A stretch of 64,000 nucleotides of DNA from Octopus sinensis (taxonomy: Eukaryota): assembly GCF_006345805.1 (NCBI RefSeq), contig NC_043003.1, positions 78,430,001-78,494,000 on the forward strand, in the 5' to 3' direction. Below are positions 1 to 13,557 of the stretch, piece by piece. The position numbers were made by a program, and so were the translations under genes. The notes under the pieces were generated by a model. That model worked only from the letters and a program-made list of their open reading frames with translations, did not search any database and was not told the origin of the DNA. The first letter of the stretch is position 1. Each line of letters starts with the position of its first letter.

Positions 1-417
1 GTCAGTTGTTTGACCTTAACCAGTTGAGCATGTCCCTTAGTGGCTGACGATATGTGCATCTCTGATCACGAGCAGAAGTAGTGGGGGAGCATCATAGCCA
101 TGTGTTGAGAGGGATTCTTTGGGGTTTGAATAATTCACCTCTGGAGACATGGGTGGGTTTTTCAACATCCTTAAACAACCATTATTCAGGGACCGTTTGA
201 GCGGGATGGGCTACTCATCATGAAGAAAATTCTAACTGGGCCCCACCTGCAAGGCCATGTGCAGTTTATCTTGATATGAGATCACCATGCCGCGCACATA
301 TGGTTGTGATGCATGTGCCTGGTGTGCCCTTATCAGACGGGTAGTCATGATGGGTATATTGGGCTTCGTATATTTTACCCCGATGTCACTTTGATGGCAT
401 GCACTGCTCTCTCACTC

Positions 418-418
<1 letters not shown>
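1..418 (+). mobile_element. Non-coding retroposon 3' segment ending in an (AAT)n tail; runs off the window start
   Basis: Near-identical to the reverse complement of 29061-29480 and to 11668-11820. Followed directly by (AAT)n at 419-470. Confidence 0.75.
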
Positions 419-471
<53 letters not shown>

Positions 472-629
472 TAGAATTAAATTTTCACCTCAATAAAATC
501 AAATAAATCCATGCTGTTTTTACTGAGATCTCCCTTTTGTAGAAGAAATAGCTATACCCTTTGACTGCTATTTCTAAATTCGGTATGTGGTAGGCAACTC
601 GTTGCTAAACCCTTATTGCTTAGTATTAC

Positions 630-642
630 TTATATATAGATA

Positions 643-687
<45 letters not shown>

Positions 688-688
688 C

Positions 689-722
<34 letters not shown>

Positions 723-1237
723 ATATATATAATATTATATATATATATATAGATATATATTATACATACATATGTATATATATATATATATATACATACG
801 TATATATATATATAAAATTATAATATATATATATATATATATAGGTATATATAATACATATGTTATGTATATATAATGTATACATATATATATATACATA
901 TGTATGTATTATATGTATATATATATATACATATGTATGTATATATATGTATATATATATATATACCTATGTATTATATATAATATGTATATATATATAT
1001 ACATATGTATGTATATATATATTATATATATTATACATATATATATATACATATGTATATATATATATATATATACATATGTATGTATATATTATATATA
1101 TATATATATCATATATATATATACATATGTATGTATATATATATATATATATCATATGTATGTATATATATGTATATATATATATACATATGTATGTATA
1201 TATATGTATATATATATACATATGTATGTATATTATG

Positions 1238-1268
<31 letters not shown>

Positions 1269-1516
1269 CATATATATATATACATATGTAGTATATATGT
1301 ATATATATATATATATATACATATGTATGTATATATATGTATATATATATATTATATATATATGTATATATATGTATATATATATTATATATATATATAC
1401 ATATGTATGTATATCTTATGTATGTATATATAATATATTATATATAATATATACATATGTATGTATATATATGTATAATATATATATATATATATATAAT
1501 ATATATATATATATAT

Positions 1517-1556
<40 letters not shown>
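630..1556. repeat. Large (TA)n-derived array with recurring ACATATGTATGT higher-order motif
   Basis: Direct reading; source of the Y/I-rich spurious ORFs. Confidence 0.95.
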
Positions 1557-1559
<3 letters not shown>

Positions 1560-1731
1560 AAAGTGAGATAGGGGTTATGAGTGTAACCCACTATGGTATA
1601 TCATTTATCCAATATACTGCCAGTAAAGTACCCAGAAGGCTAATACATAAATGCTAAGAATTGCAATGCAATTATTCATTTATTGTATTATATGGGCGAA
1701 GGTAAAATGTTTACCTCAAATTCATAATACA

Positions 1732-2062
1732 AAATAAGAAAATGGAGGAATAGATTTCTTTCAGTCATCAGCTTCTAGATAATACAATTCATATAATTTT
1801 TAACTAACTATTATTTAGATTAATAGGAACATCCAAATCCAACAGAATAAGACAGAATAAAACAATATACATCAATAAGTAAGATAATACCATAAGAATA
1901 TGGTATTCTTACTACTTATTGATGTATATTGTTTTATTCTGTCTTATTCTGTTGGATTTGGATGTTTCTATTTAATCTAAATAATTAGTTAATAAATTAT
2001 ATGAATTGGTATTATCTAGAAGCTGATGATTGAAAGAAATCTATTCCTCCATTTTCTTATTT
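1732..2062. repeat. Long foldback palindrome (~163-bp arms, 4-nt loop)
   Basis: Centre AATACCATA-AGAA-TATGGTATT at 1886-1907. Arms are complementary out to AAATAAGAAAATGGAGG / CCTCCATTTTCTTATTT with a few mismatches and indels. Confidence 0.9.
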
Positions 2063-2117
<55 letters not shown>

Positions 2118-2128
2118 TATATATTATA

Positions 2129-2176
<48 letters not shown>

Positions 2177-3149
2177 CAGACAGACACACACACACAGACA
2201 GAGAGACATATATATGCGTGTATATATTCACATACTTTTACAAATACCTGTTCACAATTCGAACGCCAAGCATTATTACACATAAGTGAATCATTGTAAA
2301 CTGATATGCCTTACTTTAAAATGAAATTAAATTCTCGTTTATGCAAAACCCTGACAGCTTTCAAATTATGTATCTTCGTCATATCTCACATCAAAATCTT
2401 TAAAGCCAGCACATGGGTACATTACTTCCTGATGTATAATATAACGAAAAGAAAAGTGGAGAATGTTCAACAACTTTTGTCAAATGCTTTACAAAACAAC
2501 TCTACAGGACTGTTTTTCACGAAACGTTTTATCAGTACTGCAGTTTATGTCTTACCCTGGCGTATTTTGAAGTAAATTCTCTACCTTAGAATATCCATGA
2601 ACGCATCATGGAATGATACCTAAATGAGCTGATGCAATATCGATGTTGTAGGTAATTAAATATTCCTAAATAAAGTTGCAGGTAATTAAATATTCCTAAC
2701 TTTGATTTTCAATGTTTGCATTTTATTTACACAAATCTGTATTTAACAGCATTTTTGCTTATTACCAACCCATCCAGCATGCTGCATAATAGCGCCCTTA
2801 TAATTTGCCAAAGAAAATAAAACAAAAACAAACCATAACGGTGCTTTATCAAACAAAAGCTTTTTTTTTTTTTTTTTTGCTAAACTTATCATTTAGTGAT
2901 TTTCTACAATCAACAAAAGCATAGGAAATGCTAAAATGTTCAGTTTCTTAATGGGTAAGTCTTGCCATGAATTTTGATACATTCTCTGAGTGGGAGTGTT
3001 TCTGCTATAAGTTGAATATTGTTCGTAAACTTCATTTTTTTTTCTTTGCCTGTTGGGGCTGCATGGTGTTTAATAATCCAGATGCCTTTTTAACATTCCA
3101 GTTTCTACTCACACCTAGTTCCTCACACAATCCTTTTCTGTTGTAGGCA

Positions 3150-3350
3150 CAAGGCTTGAAATTCTTGGAGAGGGGATTAGTCGATTACATCGAACCCCGT
3201 TGCTTAACTAGTACTTATATTATCGGCGCCAAAAAGATGGAAGGCAAAGTCAACCTTGGCGGTATTTGAACTCAGAAAGTAAAATCGGAAAAAATGCTGG
3301 TGAGCATTTCGTCTGGCGTGCTAACGATTTAGCCAGCTCGCCGCCATTAG
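3150..3350 (-). mobile_element. SINE family B, single degenerate copy
   Basis: GAAGGCAAAGTCAACCTTGGCGGTATTTGAACTCAGAA...GCCAGCTCGCCGCC. Similar single copies lie at ~16590-16800, 18045-18260, 19225-19430, 33680-34005, 43860-44350 and 47690-47890. Confidence 0.75.
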
Positions 3351-3651
3351 CTCCTCGCCATTTATCACTATCATCAACAGCGCCATATTGTTAACTCTAC
3401 CAATCTTAAAAATATACTCTCAATTTGTTTGACAATTTTTTTTCTTATTAGCAGTCTATGCCATTGTGATTGAATTCAAAAATAAGAATGAATAACCGAG
3501 AGATGGAGATGGAGAGAGAGCGGTTGTGGGGACTAACATCATGCATACATTGTTATACTTGTTAACTTACACGAGTGGCTAATGTTGAATTCTTAATTTT
3601 TAAGAGACTCCCAATTAATAGACTGGGATATAAAGTGCTGTATTATAATAT

Positions 3652-4317
3652 ACTAGCACTATGACCTGGCAACGCCGGGTCACAGTGCTAGTGCATGCAT
3701 ATACAGTTGCGTGCGTGCGCACATACACGCGAGTACTGTTCAAATCTCCGACCAATCACATACAGCTAGCTGGCATTCAATTGGCGTATCAAGTTTCGGG
3801 CATTTTGATTGGGTTTTGGATAGAAAATTCACAGAAAGTCACTTCTATTGATTTTTAATGGCTTTGCGGGGTGACTGGGGAAATATAAGGATGTGCACGA
3901 CCACCCTTGGACGGTTTTGAATGACTATAGAAAGTGCGAGCCCTCTAACTGAAAAATTGTGGATTTGTATAAAGGACACGCACACAGACATTTTGCTGTT
4001 TATATAGAGAGAGATAGAGGTCACTGTAAAAATACTGTTAAACTGAACATGGTACCGCAGGGAATGGTTTTCTCAAAATCTATCAGGGGTCACCTAAAAT
4101 CCTGGGAAATATCACTGCCTACACTCGTGCCAAGGTTTACTATCTCTAACTTGCTTGTTGGCACGTACATACATACATACATACGTACGTACATGCATAC
4201 ATACATACATACATACGTACATACATACATACATACACACATGCATACATACATACATACATACATACATACGTACATACATACATACATACATACATAC
4301 ATACATACATACATACA

Positions 4318-4348
<31 letters not shown>

Positions 4349-4350
4349 GT
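3652..4350. mobile_element. Probable rolling-circle-derived (Helitron/Helentron-like) element with internal (TACA)n
   Basis: Terminal 41-nt hairpin ACTAGCACT...GCAACGCCGGG...AGTGCTAGT shares its core with the Helitron ends at 50231 and 50828. (TACA)n at 4166-4345. The far boundary is uncertain. Confidence 0.45.
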
Positions 4351-4464
4351 CATTGAAGACTTCTTTTCATATTTTGACCCGTACTTGTCTCTCATTATGT
4401 GTTTGCGTATTTTTCACTCGTTGGTGATGTCCTACTTTTATTGTATTTTAAATTTACACACACA

Positions 4465-4527
<63 letters not shown>

Positions 4528-4699
4528 TAATATTTCGCTTAGGCGATGCGTGATTAATAACCTGGTGTAGAACTCAATGTAGATATGCTTCAAAACAAAG
4601 TGTTAGACGAGTATAGAGCGGCAATAAGAAAATGTGATGACAAAGAAATGAATGATTATTTTATGAACTTCATTAGCTTACAGCTGTTTCGCTATAAGA

Positions 4700-4802
4700 T
4701 GCAATGGACTCATAGTTGAGTCCCTGAATAACACCTTATAGCTTCATCGAAGCCTCGGATATATGAGGTGTTATTCAGGTACTCAGCTATGAGTTCACTG
4801 CA
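4700..4802 (+). ncRNA. pre-miRNA-like hairpin (candidate only)
   Basis: 41-nt arms 4700-4740 / 4762-4802 pair with 3 G-U, 1 C-U and 1 A-C; 21-nt loop. Not a family I recognise. Confidence 0.35.
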
Positions 4803-5426
4803 TTTTACAGCAAAAGAGTTGAGTGAGCTTGTGAAGTTCTCAAGACAATCATCTATACACCCACACGCACGCACATATCGGGTATGATTCGAGAGGTTTT
4901 TGCCTGCTATTTCTAGCATATCTGGTCATGAAGTAGCGCTTTCCTCGGTAGTTTATACACTTATTTATGTTTACATAAGACTGTAGGATATGATTCAAGA
5001 AATGTTTAGCTGCTATTTTCAAGTCGAACGAACGTGTAAGCTGCTTCCTCCTTGACTCATTTAACGTGCAATGAAAATCTTGGTAAAATATACAAGCACA
5101 GTTCTCTAATATATTTCAACGGTCGTTATGTAAACAACTTTAATTAAATATCTCTTAGTATACTAAGCATTAAAAAACAAATAAACTGAGTAATATAAAT
5201 GGACCTAGGTGAATTATCTCACCATTTCAGTGTAATTTCTCAGAAGGTTTACCTGTTACTTCTTTTTCTATATTTCTTGTTTATTTATCTTCTGGAGATG
5301 TTATACCTTTTACTTACACAATTCCGATGTAGTTTTAAATTATTCTAAAATCTAAACAAATAATTTCGGCGATCCTTCGTGCTATGTATATATAATAGTC
5401 GACAAAGAAAAAAAAAGAAAGAAAAA

Positions 5427-5462
<36 letters not shown>

Positions 5463-5904
5463 AAACCAAACTATTACACTGTTACTAAAATTTCCACTTT
5501 ATAGATGCCAACGACGCAACGTTATATACGGGTGCAATAGGACAGATATGGAGTTTCGCCTATAAGTAGATACGGCGCCAGGCTTGGAAGCTTAGACAAT
5601 CTCTTCTCGACTTATTTCCCAAGTGTTTACCTGGCGTCATTTTCTCAAAGATAACCTATGAGTGATCTTACCATGGAATGAAAACTGCGGCTTTCTCTGT
5701 GATAGCTTTTAGGAGTTGTATTTCATTGTTTTTGTTGTCTGTCACTATAGGTATATACAACGAAAAACTGTCATATTTTCTAATGTTGGTTCAAGAACGG
5801 AGAAGCCGTTTCTGTTATTACTTGGTGTAGAGGAAGAGAAGGTGAAGGACTTAATTCGTTTACCTTTTTACATTTCAGTACTACTTCCACCCATACCTCT
5901 AGTT

Positions 5905-6167
5905 CAGTGGTTCTCAACAGAGGTCCATTTTATCCTTGAGGGGTGGGGGTGCCATATAAGATTTTGTTGCTAAACTGTATGTGCAATAAATTGCTTATAT
6001 TTCTACGATACACAAAATATTTTGACAATTTTTAAAAATATAATTCCTAACTATATTTAATTATAAAAATACAATAGGATATTCTAAAACATGGCTATGA
6101 AAGTCCACCCGACTAAAACGGGAATCAAAGGATCCATAACAAAAAAAAAAAAAGTTAAGAAACATAG
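5905..6167 (+). mobile_element. hAT-like MITE (CAGTGGTTCTCAAC terminus)
   Basis: Left TIR CAGTGGTTCTCAAC; degenerate right TIR GTTAAGAAACATAG. The body aligns by eye with the reverse complement of 39050-39252. Confidence 0.7.
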
Positions 6168-6342
6168 CTTTAGCGGTGTCCATTCAGCTGCAAGTTTCAA
6201 CCCTGAATCCAAATAAAGAGATCTGTGATAGAGAGGGGGGAAGGTGGAAAAGGAGAACACCTCAAGATGAAAGGTTCATTCAAAAGGCGCGGTGGATCTT
6301 CTCGAAGCAGACAATATAACCAATGCGCAATCAGTACCCCGG

Positions 6343-6780
6343 CCAAGGCGGTGAGCTGGCAGAAACGTTAGCACACCGGGTGAGAATGCTTAGCGGTATT
6401 TCGTTTGCCGCTACGTTCTGAGTTCGAATTCCGCCGAGGTCGACTTTGCCTTTCATTCTTTCGGGATCGATATAAATTAAGTACCAGTTACGCAGTGGGG
6501 TCGATGTAATCGACTTAATCCGTTTGTCTGTCCTTGTTTGTCCCCTCTATGTTTAGCATCTTGTGAGCAATAAAGAAATAAGAAACGTTAGCACGCCGGG
6601 CGAAATGGTTAGCGGTATTTCGCCTGTCTTTACGTTCTGACTTCAAATTCCGCCGAGGTCGATTTTGCCTTTCATCCTTTCAGGATCGATAAATTAAGTA
6701 CCAGTTGTGTACTGGAGTCGATCTAATCGACTGGCCCCCTCCCCCGAAATTTCGGGCATTGTGCCTAGAATAGAAAAGAA
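6343..6780 (+). mobile_element. SINE family B, two tandem units
   Basis: Head AAGGCGGTGAGCTGGCAG at 6345; the second unit re-enters at GAAACGTTAGCACGCCGGG (~6582). Confidence 0.83.
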
Positions 6781-7169
6781 TCAGTAGCCCGACCGTAACA
6801 AAAACAAAAACATCAGCATGAATAACAAGAACAACAACATGAACGAAAACCTCAAATACAACAACAATCACAATCACAGAAAGAAAGAGACAAAAGAAAA
6901 ATAAAAAAGAAAAAGAAATCTGATTAGACCAACAGCCAAATCGAAACAGAGCAGAAGAAAACTTCATTAACGTCATCATAGTTCGAAAGAGCAACATCTA
7001 ATAGATGGAAGAAGTTATCAAAAGAGTAAAAAGCAAAACAAAACAAAAAACATTACCATTAGTTGGGGAAGCTTCCAAGAGTATCTCTTCAAAACTGCTA
7101 AAGATAGTCTTATAATTATCTGGGTATACAAATGATTAAAAGAAAACATTATAATTACTGATGGGCTTT

Positions 7170-7795
7170 TTAGAAAGTTACGACGACGAGGGTTCCAGTT
7201 GATCCGGGACAGCCTGCTCGCGAAATTAACGTGCAAGTGGCTGAGCACTCCACAGACACGTGTACCCTTAACGTAGTTCTCGGTCCTTTGAAATACAGGT
7301 ACGACAGAAAAAAAGAGTGAGAGAAAGCTGTGGTGAAAGAGCACAGCAGGGCTTGCCACCACACCTTGCCGGAGCTTTAGGTGTTTTCGCTCAATAAACA
7401 CTCATAACGTCCGGTCTGGGAATCGAAACCGCGATCCAACGACCGCGAGTCCGCTGCCCTAACCACTGGGCCATGGCGCCTCCACATAGAAGCACTCCGT
7501 CAGTTACGACGACAAGGGTCCCAGCTGATACGATCACTGGAACATCTTGCTCATGAAATTAACGTGCAAGTGGCTGAGCACCCCTCAGACACATGTACTC
7601 TTGAGGTAGTTTTCAGGGATATTCAGCGTGATACAAAGTGTGACAAGGCCAGCCCACTAATTTTTGCCAGCTGAGTGGACTGGAGCAACGTGAAATAAAG
7701 TTTCTTGCTCAAGGACACGACGCGTTGCCGGGAATTGAACTCACGGACATACGATCGTGAGCCGAATACCCTGACCACTAAGCCACGCGCCTTCA
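7170..7795 (-). mobile_element. Two adjacent family-C-type SINEs
   Basis: 7170-7490 is collinear with the reverse complement of 60992-61380. 7490-7795 has the same tail with a variant head (AAGGCGCGTGGCTTAGTGG). Confidence 0.8.
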
Positions 7796-7802
7796 ATAGA
7801 TA

Positions 7803-7834
<32 letters not shown>

Positions 7835-7838
7835 GGTG

Positions 7839-7870
<32 letters not shown>

Positions 7871-9724
7871 TGCGTGCGTGTATGTGTGTGTATGTATGTA
7901 TGTATATAAACGTCCACACTTTGCATATTTGTAATTGTAGACTTTAATATAATTCTGAAGTGTAGCCTCAGTTGCATCTCTGTTTTTCTGGTTATTTATA
8001 AACATAAAACTATTAGATAAACTCTTCCTGTTCTTCTAGTACAGTTTCTTTTCTGTCTGCGTTTAAATAAGACATCCTTTGTGGTAACACATTAGAAGAT
8101 ATCAACCTCTCGCAGAACATTTGAAGCTGGGAAATATATATCAGCCAAAAGATAACTTGTTTTTGTTATATAATTATACGAGAAAAGCAAAAAAAAAAAA
8201 AATAAAAAAATTGATGGAGAAACAAAATCTAAAATGAATTTAATAAACTTTGAAATCTGTGACATAGTTCATAAAATAAGATGGAGAGCAAAAAATAATG
8301 GAGTGGGTGTCGTATTCTCAAAACAAATGAAAAGATTGCTTTAGTGGCATGTTATCTTAAACATCTTGAAATAATAAGGCTTTGTTGATCATATCTTGAT
8401 AAGAAGGTAACTTGATAAATCTAGTTATGACATTTATCAAATGTCTATTAATTTGTTGTGTTATGTAAGTTACCACATACATACACATATACATGCATAT
8501 ATATACACACACACACATTCATGCACATACATTCATACACACACATAGCATACGTACTACATATACACACGCACTCTCTCGCGCACACACACACATACAC
8601 ATTTGAAGACTAGCAATCAATAGAGTTTTCTACTCCAGCATCTTATTAATTATATTGTTTCCTTTTCTCTTTCATATAAGTCAAAATAAAATTTGACTAC
8701 ATTTTTCTTATGTTTATTCTGTTGACTCAGATGTTTCTTACGCATTTCAATTGATACAGATCCCCTTTATAAGAGTTCCTTATTCCCTTATCAGCAAAGT
8801 ACAAGGTCCTTTTGGGCCCTAGTCATTTGACTGACTCAAACTTTAATCACCACACACATTCGAGATATAGTGTTCTCTTTCTGCTTTAATTTCATTCATA
8901 GGTGTATTAAAAACCCGGTGTTTTTTTTAAAAATTACTTGCTGGGTGTGAAAGTAGGTTAGTGGTCAGGGTTTTTGCAGGCTTTCTGGGACCGCTAAGAT
9001 TGAATCAATACTCGCGTGAAGGGCATTTGCAGGAAGGCAATTCCAGAATGCCGACAAGAAGGACTGAAGCCGGGAGAAAGGAATACAGCAAGGGTGGTGA
9101 GTGGGAAAGAGACACGAGTGTCTGGATGAAGGCGTCATGAGCCCAGCTAGCTCCAAGGGGCAGAAGCCATAATGGAAGCGGTGGAAAAAGAGTACAGAAA
9201 GGAGACAGCACGCCTACAGGCCAAAGACTGGAGTGTTTGTGGGTGACCTTATGGTAATCAGTCGGATAACCCTTTTTTGGCTGCGGTCTGAGATGTGTGT
9301 ATGAGTGCGCGCGTGTGTGTGTTCGTGTGTATGCTCGCGCGTGCAGTAACACTTGCCTGGAACTTGAGTTTATCAATTCCGGAGGGATGAAAGGTAAAAG
9401 CTTGTACTACAATTCCATTCTTATCTAGGACCCTTTACATCCGCCTAACCCTGGGGATAATTACCCACACAGCGATGGTGTTTACCAATTGATGACCATC
9501 CACCCTCTAATTATAATCATCTATCTGCTAATAGTGATAACTATCACGAAAATCCTTAAGCATGTTAAAATATACCAAATACAATACATATAATATTTTT
9601 TGCTGTAGTTTAGTCTTAAGTTGATCTTGATCGAGAACACGAAGAGTCAACGGCATTCCAACTGCGACCATCCATACGTTATTTTCCTCGAATAACGTAC
9701 CTAGAACTACATTATCTAATATAC

Positions 9725-10125
9725 CTTTCTACTCTTGGCACAAGGCCCGAAAATTTGTGGGAGGGGGCCAGTCGATTAGATCGACACCAGTACGCAACTG
9801 GTACTTAATTTATCGACTCCGGAAGAATGAAAGGCAAAGTCGACCTCGGCGGAATTTGAACTCAGAACGTAGCGGCAGACAAAATACCGCTAAGCATTTC
9901 TTATTTCTTTACTACCCACAAGGGGCTAAACATAGAGGGGGCAAAAAAGGACAGACAAAGGAATTAAGTCGATTACATCGACCCCAGTGCGTAACTGGTA
10001 CTTAATTTATCGACCCCGAAAGGATGAAAGGCAAAGTCAATCTCGGGGGAATTTGAACTCAGAACGTACAGATAGACGAAACACCGTTAAGCATTTCGCC
10101 GGGCGTGCTAACTTTTCTGCCAGGT
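9725..10125 (-). mobile_element. SINE family B, tandem units
   Basis: GAAAGGCAAAGTCGACCTCGGCGGAATTTGAACTCAGAACG occurs twice. Confidence 0.83.
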
Positions 10126-10904
10126 CGCCACTTTTACATTATCTAATAAAATCCGCTCCAAGAACGAAGAGTGTGATTTGAGGTAGAGTTGGTTTATATT
10201 TCTTGCAAATCAAGCGACCACGTAGAAGAGGAGTAATTAAGACACTTCTACGTGGTCATTCGGCCCGATTGAAATGATAGCCAAGTCTCGCTCAAATCAC
10301 TGCTTTGAATAATATGGATGTGGGTCCACTGCTTATGAGAAACAGAGGGAACAGTTAAGGCAGGAATACATTGATTCACTGCTCAATGGAAATCCGACCT
10401 GAGGTTAAACAACAACAACAACAACACTACACCATGCACAGGTTTTCCACGTAGAAGCATTTTCAAACGTTGTCTGGAAACTAGCTTGTTTTATGAGTTT
10501 GCTAACGTGAAATTTACGAATTGACATACACATATATATCTATCCGATGAAAGATAATACAGAGAGAAGAGGAGAGTAACTGAATGCGAAGCTCGTAAAA
10601 TATAGCAACACAACAGATGCCAACTGGCATGAATTGTGAAAGAAATAAACACTAAGGTTTGTAAAGACCGGGGGATTGGGTGGCTGTAAGCCAATAAGAT
10701 ATATGGCTGAAAGTAGAATGAATCATTAGATGTAGACCAACCGCTAAGGGTACAGTGTAGTGGAAAAGATGTTGAGCAGCAAATGTCGGCAATAAAATAG
10801 AAACATGTCTGGAGTTATCTCCCGTACCTGCCTGCTCCATGTATTCAAAGGTTACACTTTCAACGATTTTAACTATGAAACGAAATAATAGACATTTCGC
10901 TATG

Positions 10905-11112
10905 TTACTTGCTTCAGTTATTGGACTTCGGCCATGCAGAGGCGCTGCCTTGAAGGGTCTTAGTCGAACACATCAATCTCAGTACATTTTTTTTTGTTTT
11001 AAGCTTGGTACTTATTCTATCGGTCTCTTATGCCAAATCTATAAGTTAGGGGGACGTAAACAAACTAACACCTGTTGACAAGTGGGGGTGGTAGAAAACA
11101 AAAGATACCCCT

Positions 11113-11149
<37 letters not shown>

Positions 11150-11185
11150 ATATAAATGGCGAGCTTCTTTCAGTTTTCGTCGGAT
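10905..11185 (-). mobile_element. SINE family A, partial
   Basis: Tail motifs TTCAGT...GGCCATGC...TTAGTCGAA...ACTTATTCTATCGG. Confidence 0.7.
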
Positions 11186-11667
11186 AAGACATTGTTATGG
11201 ATATCTATAAAGAGGAATCAGAACATTTAAAAAAAAATTGGAATTTTTACTAATCCCGCTAGTTAAAACAATATTTGTCAATGGAAAATATTATTTCTCT
11301 GTACATAATCATGAACACTTTACCTGCTTTTTAAGGTTGACTGTGTTAAATATGCTGCTATAGACTTAAAAAGTGATAGTAAATTGTCCTTGAAACAATA
11401 AAAGTAAATTGAAATAGAAACCGGATGTAAAGATCATTTCGTTCCGCGAATAGTCTCTTATGTTGTGTAACAACATTTTCATTGATTTATTTTTGGGGTC
11501 TTCAATCAGTAAGTTATTTTTTATTTGTTTCTATCTAAAAATCAAAGGAAATGTCTACTATTTCCTTCAATCTTTACTTTTGATGTTTTGAAACTAACTT
11601 ATTTTCCATTACATTTCAGACAGATTCAGCGCTGGGTTGCTGAAACAGAAATATCATTATAAGAATT

Positions 11668-11820
11668 ATTCTACAGATTTGCTTGTCAGTTGCTTGACCT
11701 TAACCAGTTGAGCGTGTCTCTTAGTGGCTGACAATATGTGCATCTCTGATCACTGATCATGAGCAGGAGTAGTAGGGGAGCATCATAGTCATGTGTTGAG
11801 AAGAATTCTTTGGGGGTTTG
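11668..11820 (+). mobile_element. Fragment of the same (TAA)n-associated retroposon
   Basis: CTACAGATTTGCTTGTCAGTTGCTTGACCTTAACCAGTTGAGC... matches 1-130 and 29330-29490 (reverse complement). Confidence 0.75.
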
Positions 11821-12519
11821 AATAAATGTAACAATAGCAAAGTTTGAAGGAAATATTAGCTATTTTCCATACTTTCTGGACGGTAAGCAAATAGGAAATA
11901 ACAGTCGCTAACCAGGAACAAAAATACCGCCACACATTGTTATTATTGGTATAGTCAAATGGCCCTTCCCAAAAAGTTAATTAGCTTGTATAGTCCTTGT
12001 GAATCCATTGGAACAACACTGCTGCTCTCTGCCACTTCTTTCTCTACAGCTCATTATTTGTGCAGGATTATTACGCAGGATCATTTTTTGGACAATTTAT
12101 TTTTCACTTTTTTACGACTAAACTCCATGTTAACCCAATTATTTCTAGTTACTTCTTTACTGCTCCATGTGAATGAAATATGTTAAAACTAATTTAACTA
12201 CCGTTTCTCTGAGAGTGACTTTATATAATATATAATCTGAACAAGAGTATCATGAATATAATATGAACGAAGAAACATTTGTAAATAGATTTGTTGTGTT
12301 TATTCTTGTCAGCACTCAATGAATATCATAGCATTGTGTTGCATCTACCCACCAAACTATTTGTTCGTGACTCTAACGTTAATTAATCTTATATAATAAC
12401 AGTAATGTAAATAATTGTACAAAAAGCATCCATTTTTTTTTTTTGCGGGATAGTCAAAGGAGGAAGAGCAGCACCAATAGAGCTGTTGAGGATTTCCGTT
12501 ATTGCCTTAATTTTAAATC

Positions 12520-12990
12520 CAAATGTTTCCTTTGCAAGTAAAGTGTACATCAACAAACAGGATCATTTATTAAAAGATACATAAATTGCTTTACAGAGAG
12601 AAATTATCCGTCACGTTATAAAATTCTACAACCATATATATAGGATCAACTATGAATTTTAAACAACGATACGCTGTGCATCTCAATTCTTTTAGATACA
12701 AGAAACACAGTAAATCCACAACACTCACCAGTCACATACATCGTCTCAAAAATAGAAATATTCCCACATCTTGTCGTGGTCCATAATAGATTCCGAGCTT
12801 CCATACCAAGGTCAACGCTCAGCTTGTAAGTTGTGCCTAAAAGAGGCATTCCACATATTAAAACACAACTCCTCAATACTACTAAATAAATATAATGAGG
12901 CCCTGGGGACATGGAACCACCGCTTTTTTCATACCTTCAAATTTTACCACAAATCTAAATGCAACCTAAATAACCACACAGCACATATCC
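12520..12990 (+). mobile_element. Penelope-like element, GIY-YIG endonuclease 3' remnant
   Basis: YIGSTMNFKQRYAVHLNSFRYKKHSKSTTLTSHIHRLKNRNIP, then a frameshift to SWSIIDSELPYQGQRSACKLCLKEAFHILKHNSSILLNK. This is the typical PLE GIY-YIG C-terminus (YIG, FK.RY..H, C.LCL.E, LLNK). Confidence 0.82.
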
Positions 12991-13557
12991 CGAACAACCC
13001 GTAAGTAATCGCCAACAACCCTGTTTGAGTTTCCATTAATTTTTTGATTCTCCAATCTTGTTTTAATTGTTTAATACTACATATATGGACATGTATATGT
13101 GTGCGTATTCGGATGTGTGTATGTATATGAATGTATGTATGTATGTATGTATGTATGTATGTATGTATGTATGTATGTATGTATGTATGTATGTATGCAT
13201 GTATGTATGCATGTATGTGTATATATATATATATATATATAGAGATAGATATATATAGATATATATATATATATGCGTACGCATGTATATATAGATATAT
13301 ATATGCATGCGTACGGGTTTAAATGCACAAGTACACAGGCCTATATAGTAGAGCATGCACGCAGACATGTGTACATGTGTGCGTGCATGCATATATCGAT
13401 ATACACTTTTTTGTTTCTCTCTGATTCCTCAACTCACACTATCACATTAGCCAGTAGAGTAAACACATAAGTCTATTTATAGAAACTTGACCAATCTTAG
13501 TATCTTCCCTTCCGTTTTGAAGTTACTACTAACTTTAGAAACCCCCTCCTACACCTT

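Noticed and set aside
860-1657. Long Y/I/C-rich ORFs (up to 204 aa)
   Set aside because: Translations of (TA)n arrays, which lack stops in several frames. The same applies to the ORFs at 3959-4570, 22647-23225, 32977-33218, 56751-57215, 59460-60742 and 61716-63079.
2306-2575. 89-aa plus-strand ORF in unique sequence
   Set aside because: No recognisable domain on either strand, no convincing splice signals, and the length is within chance expectation.
8280-8360. NNGVGVVFSKQMK, reminiscent of a LINE endonuclease motif
   Set aside because: Too short to support without a search.
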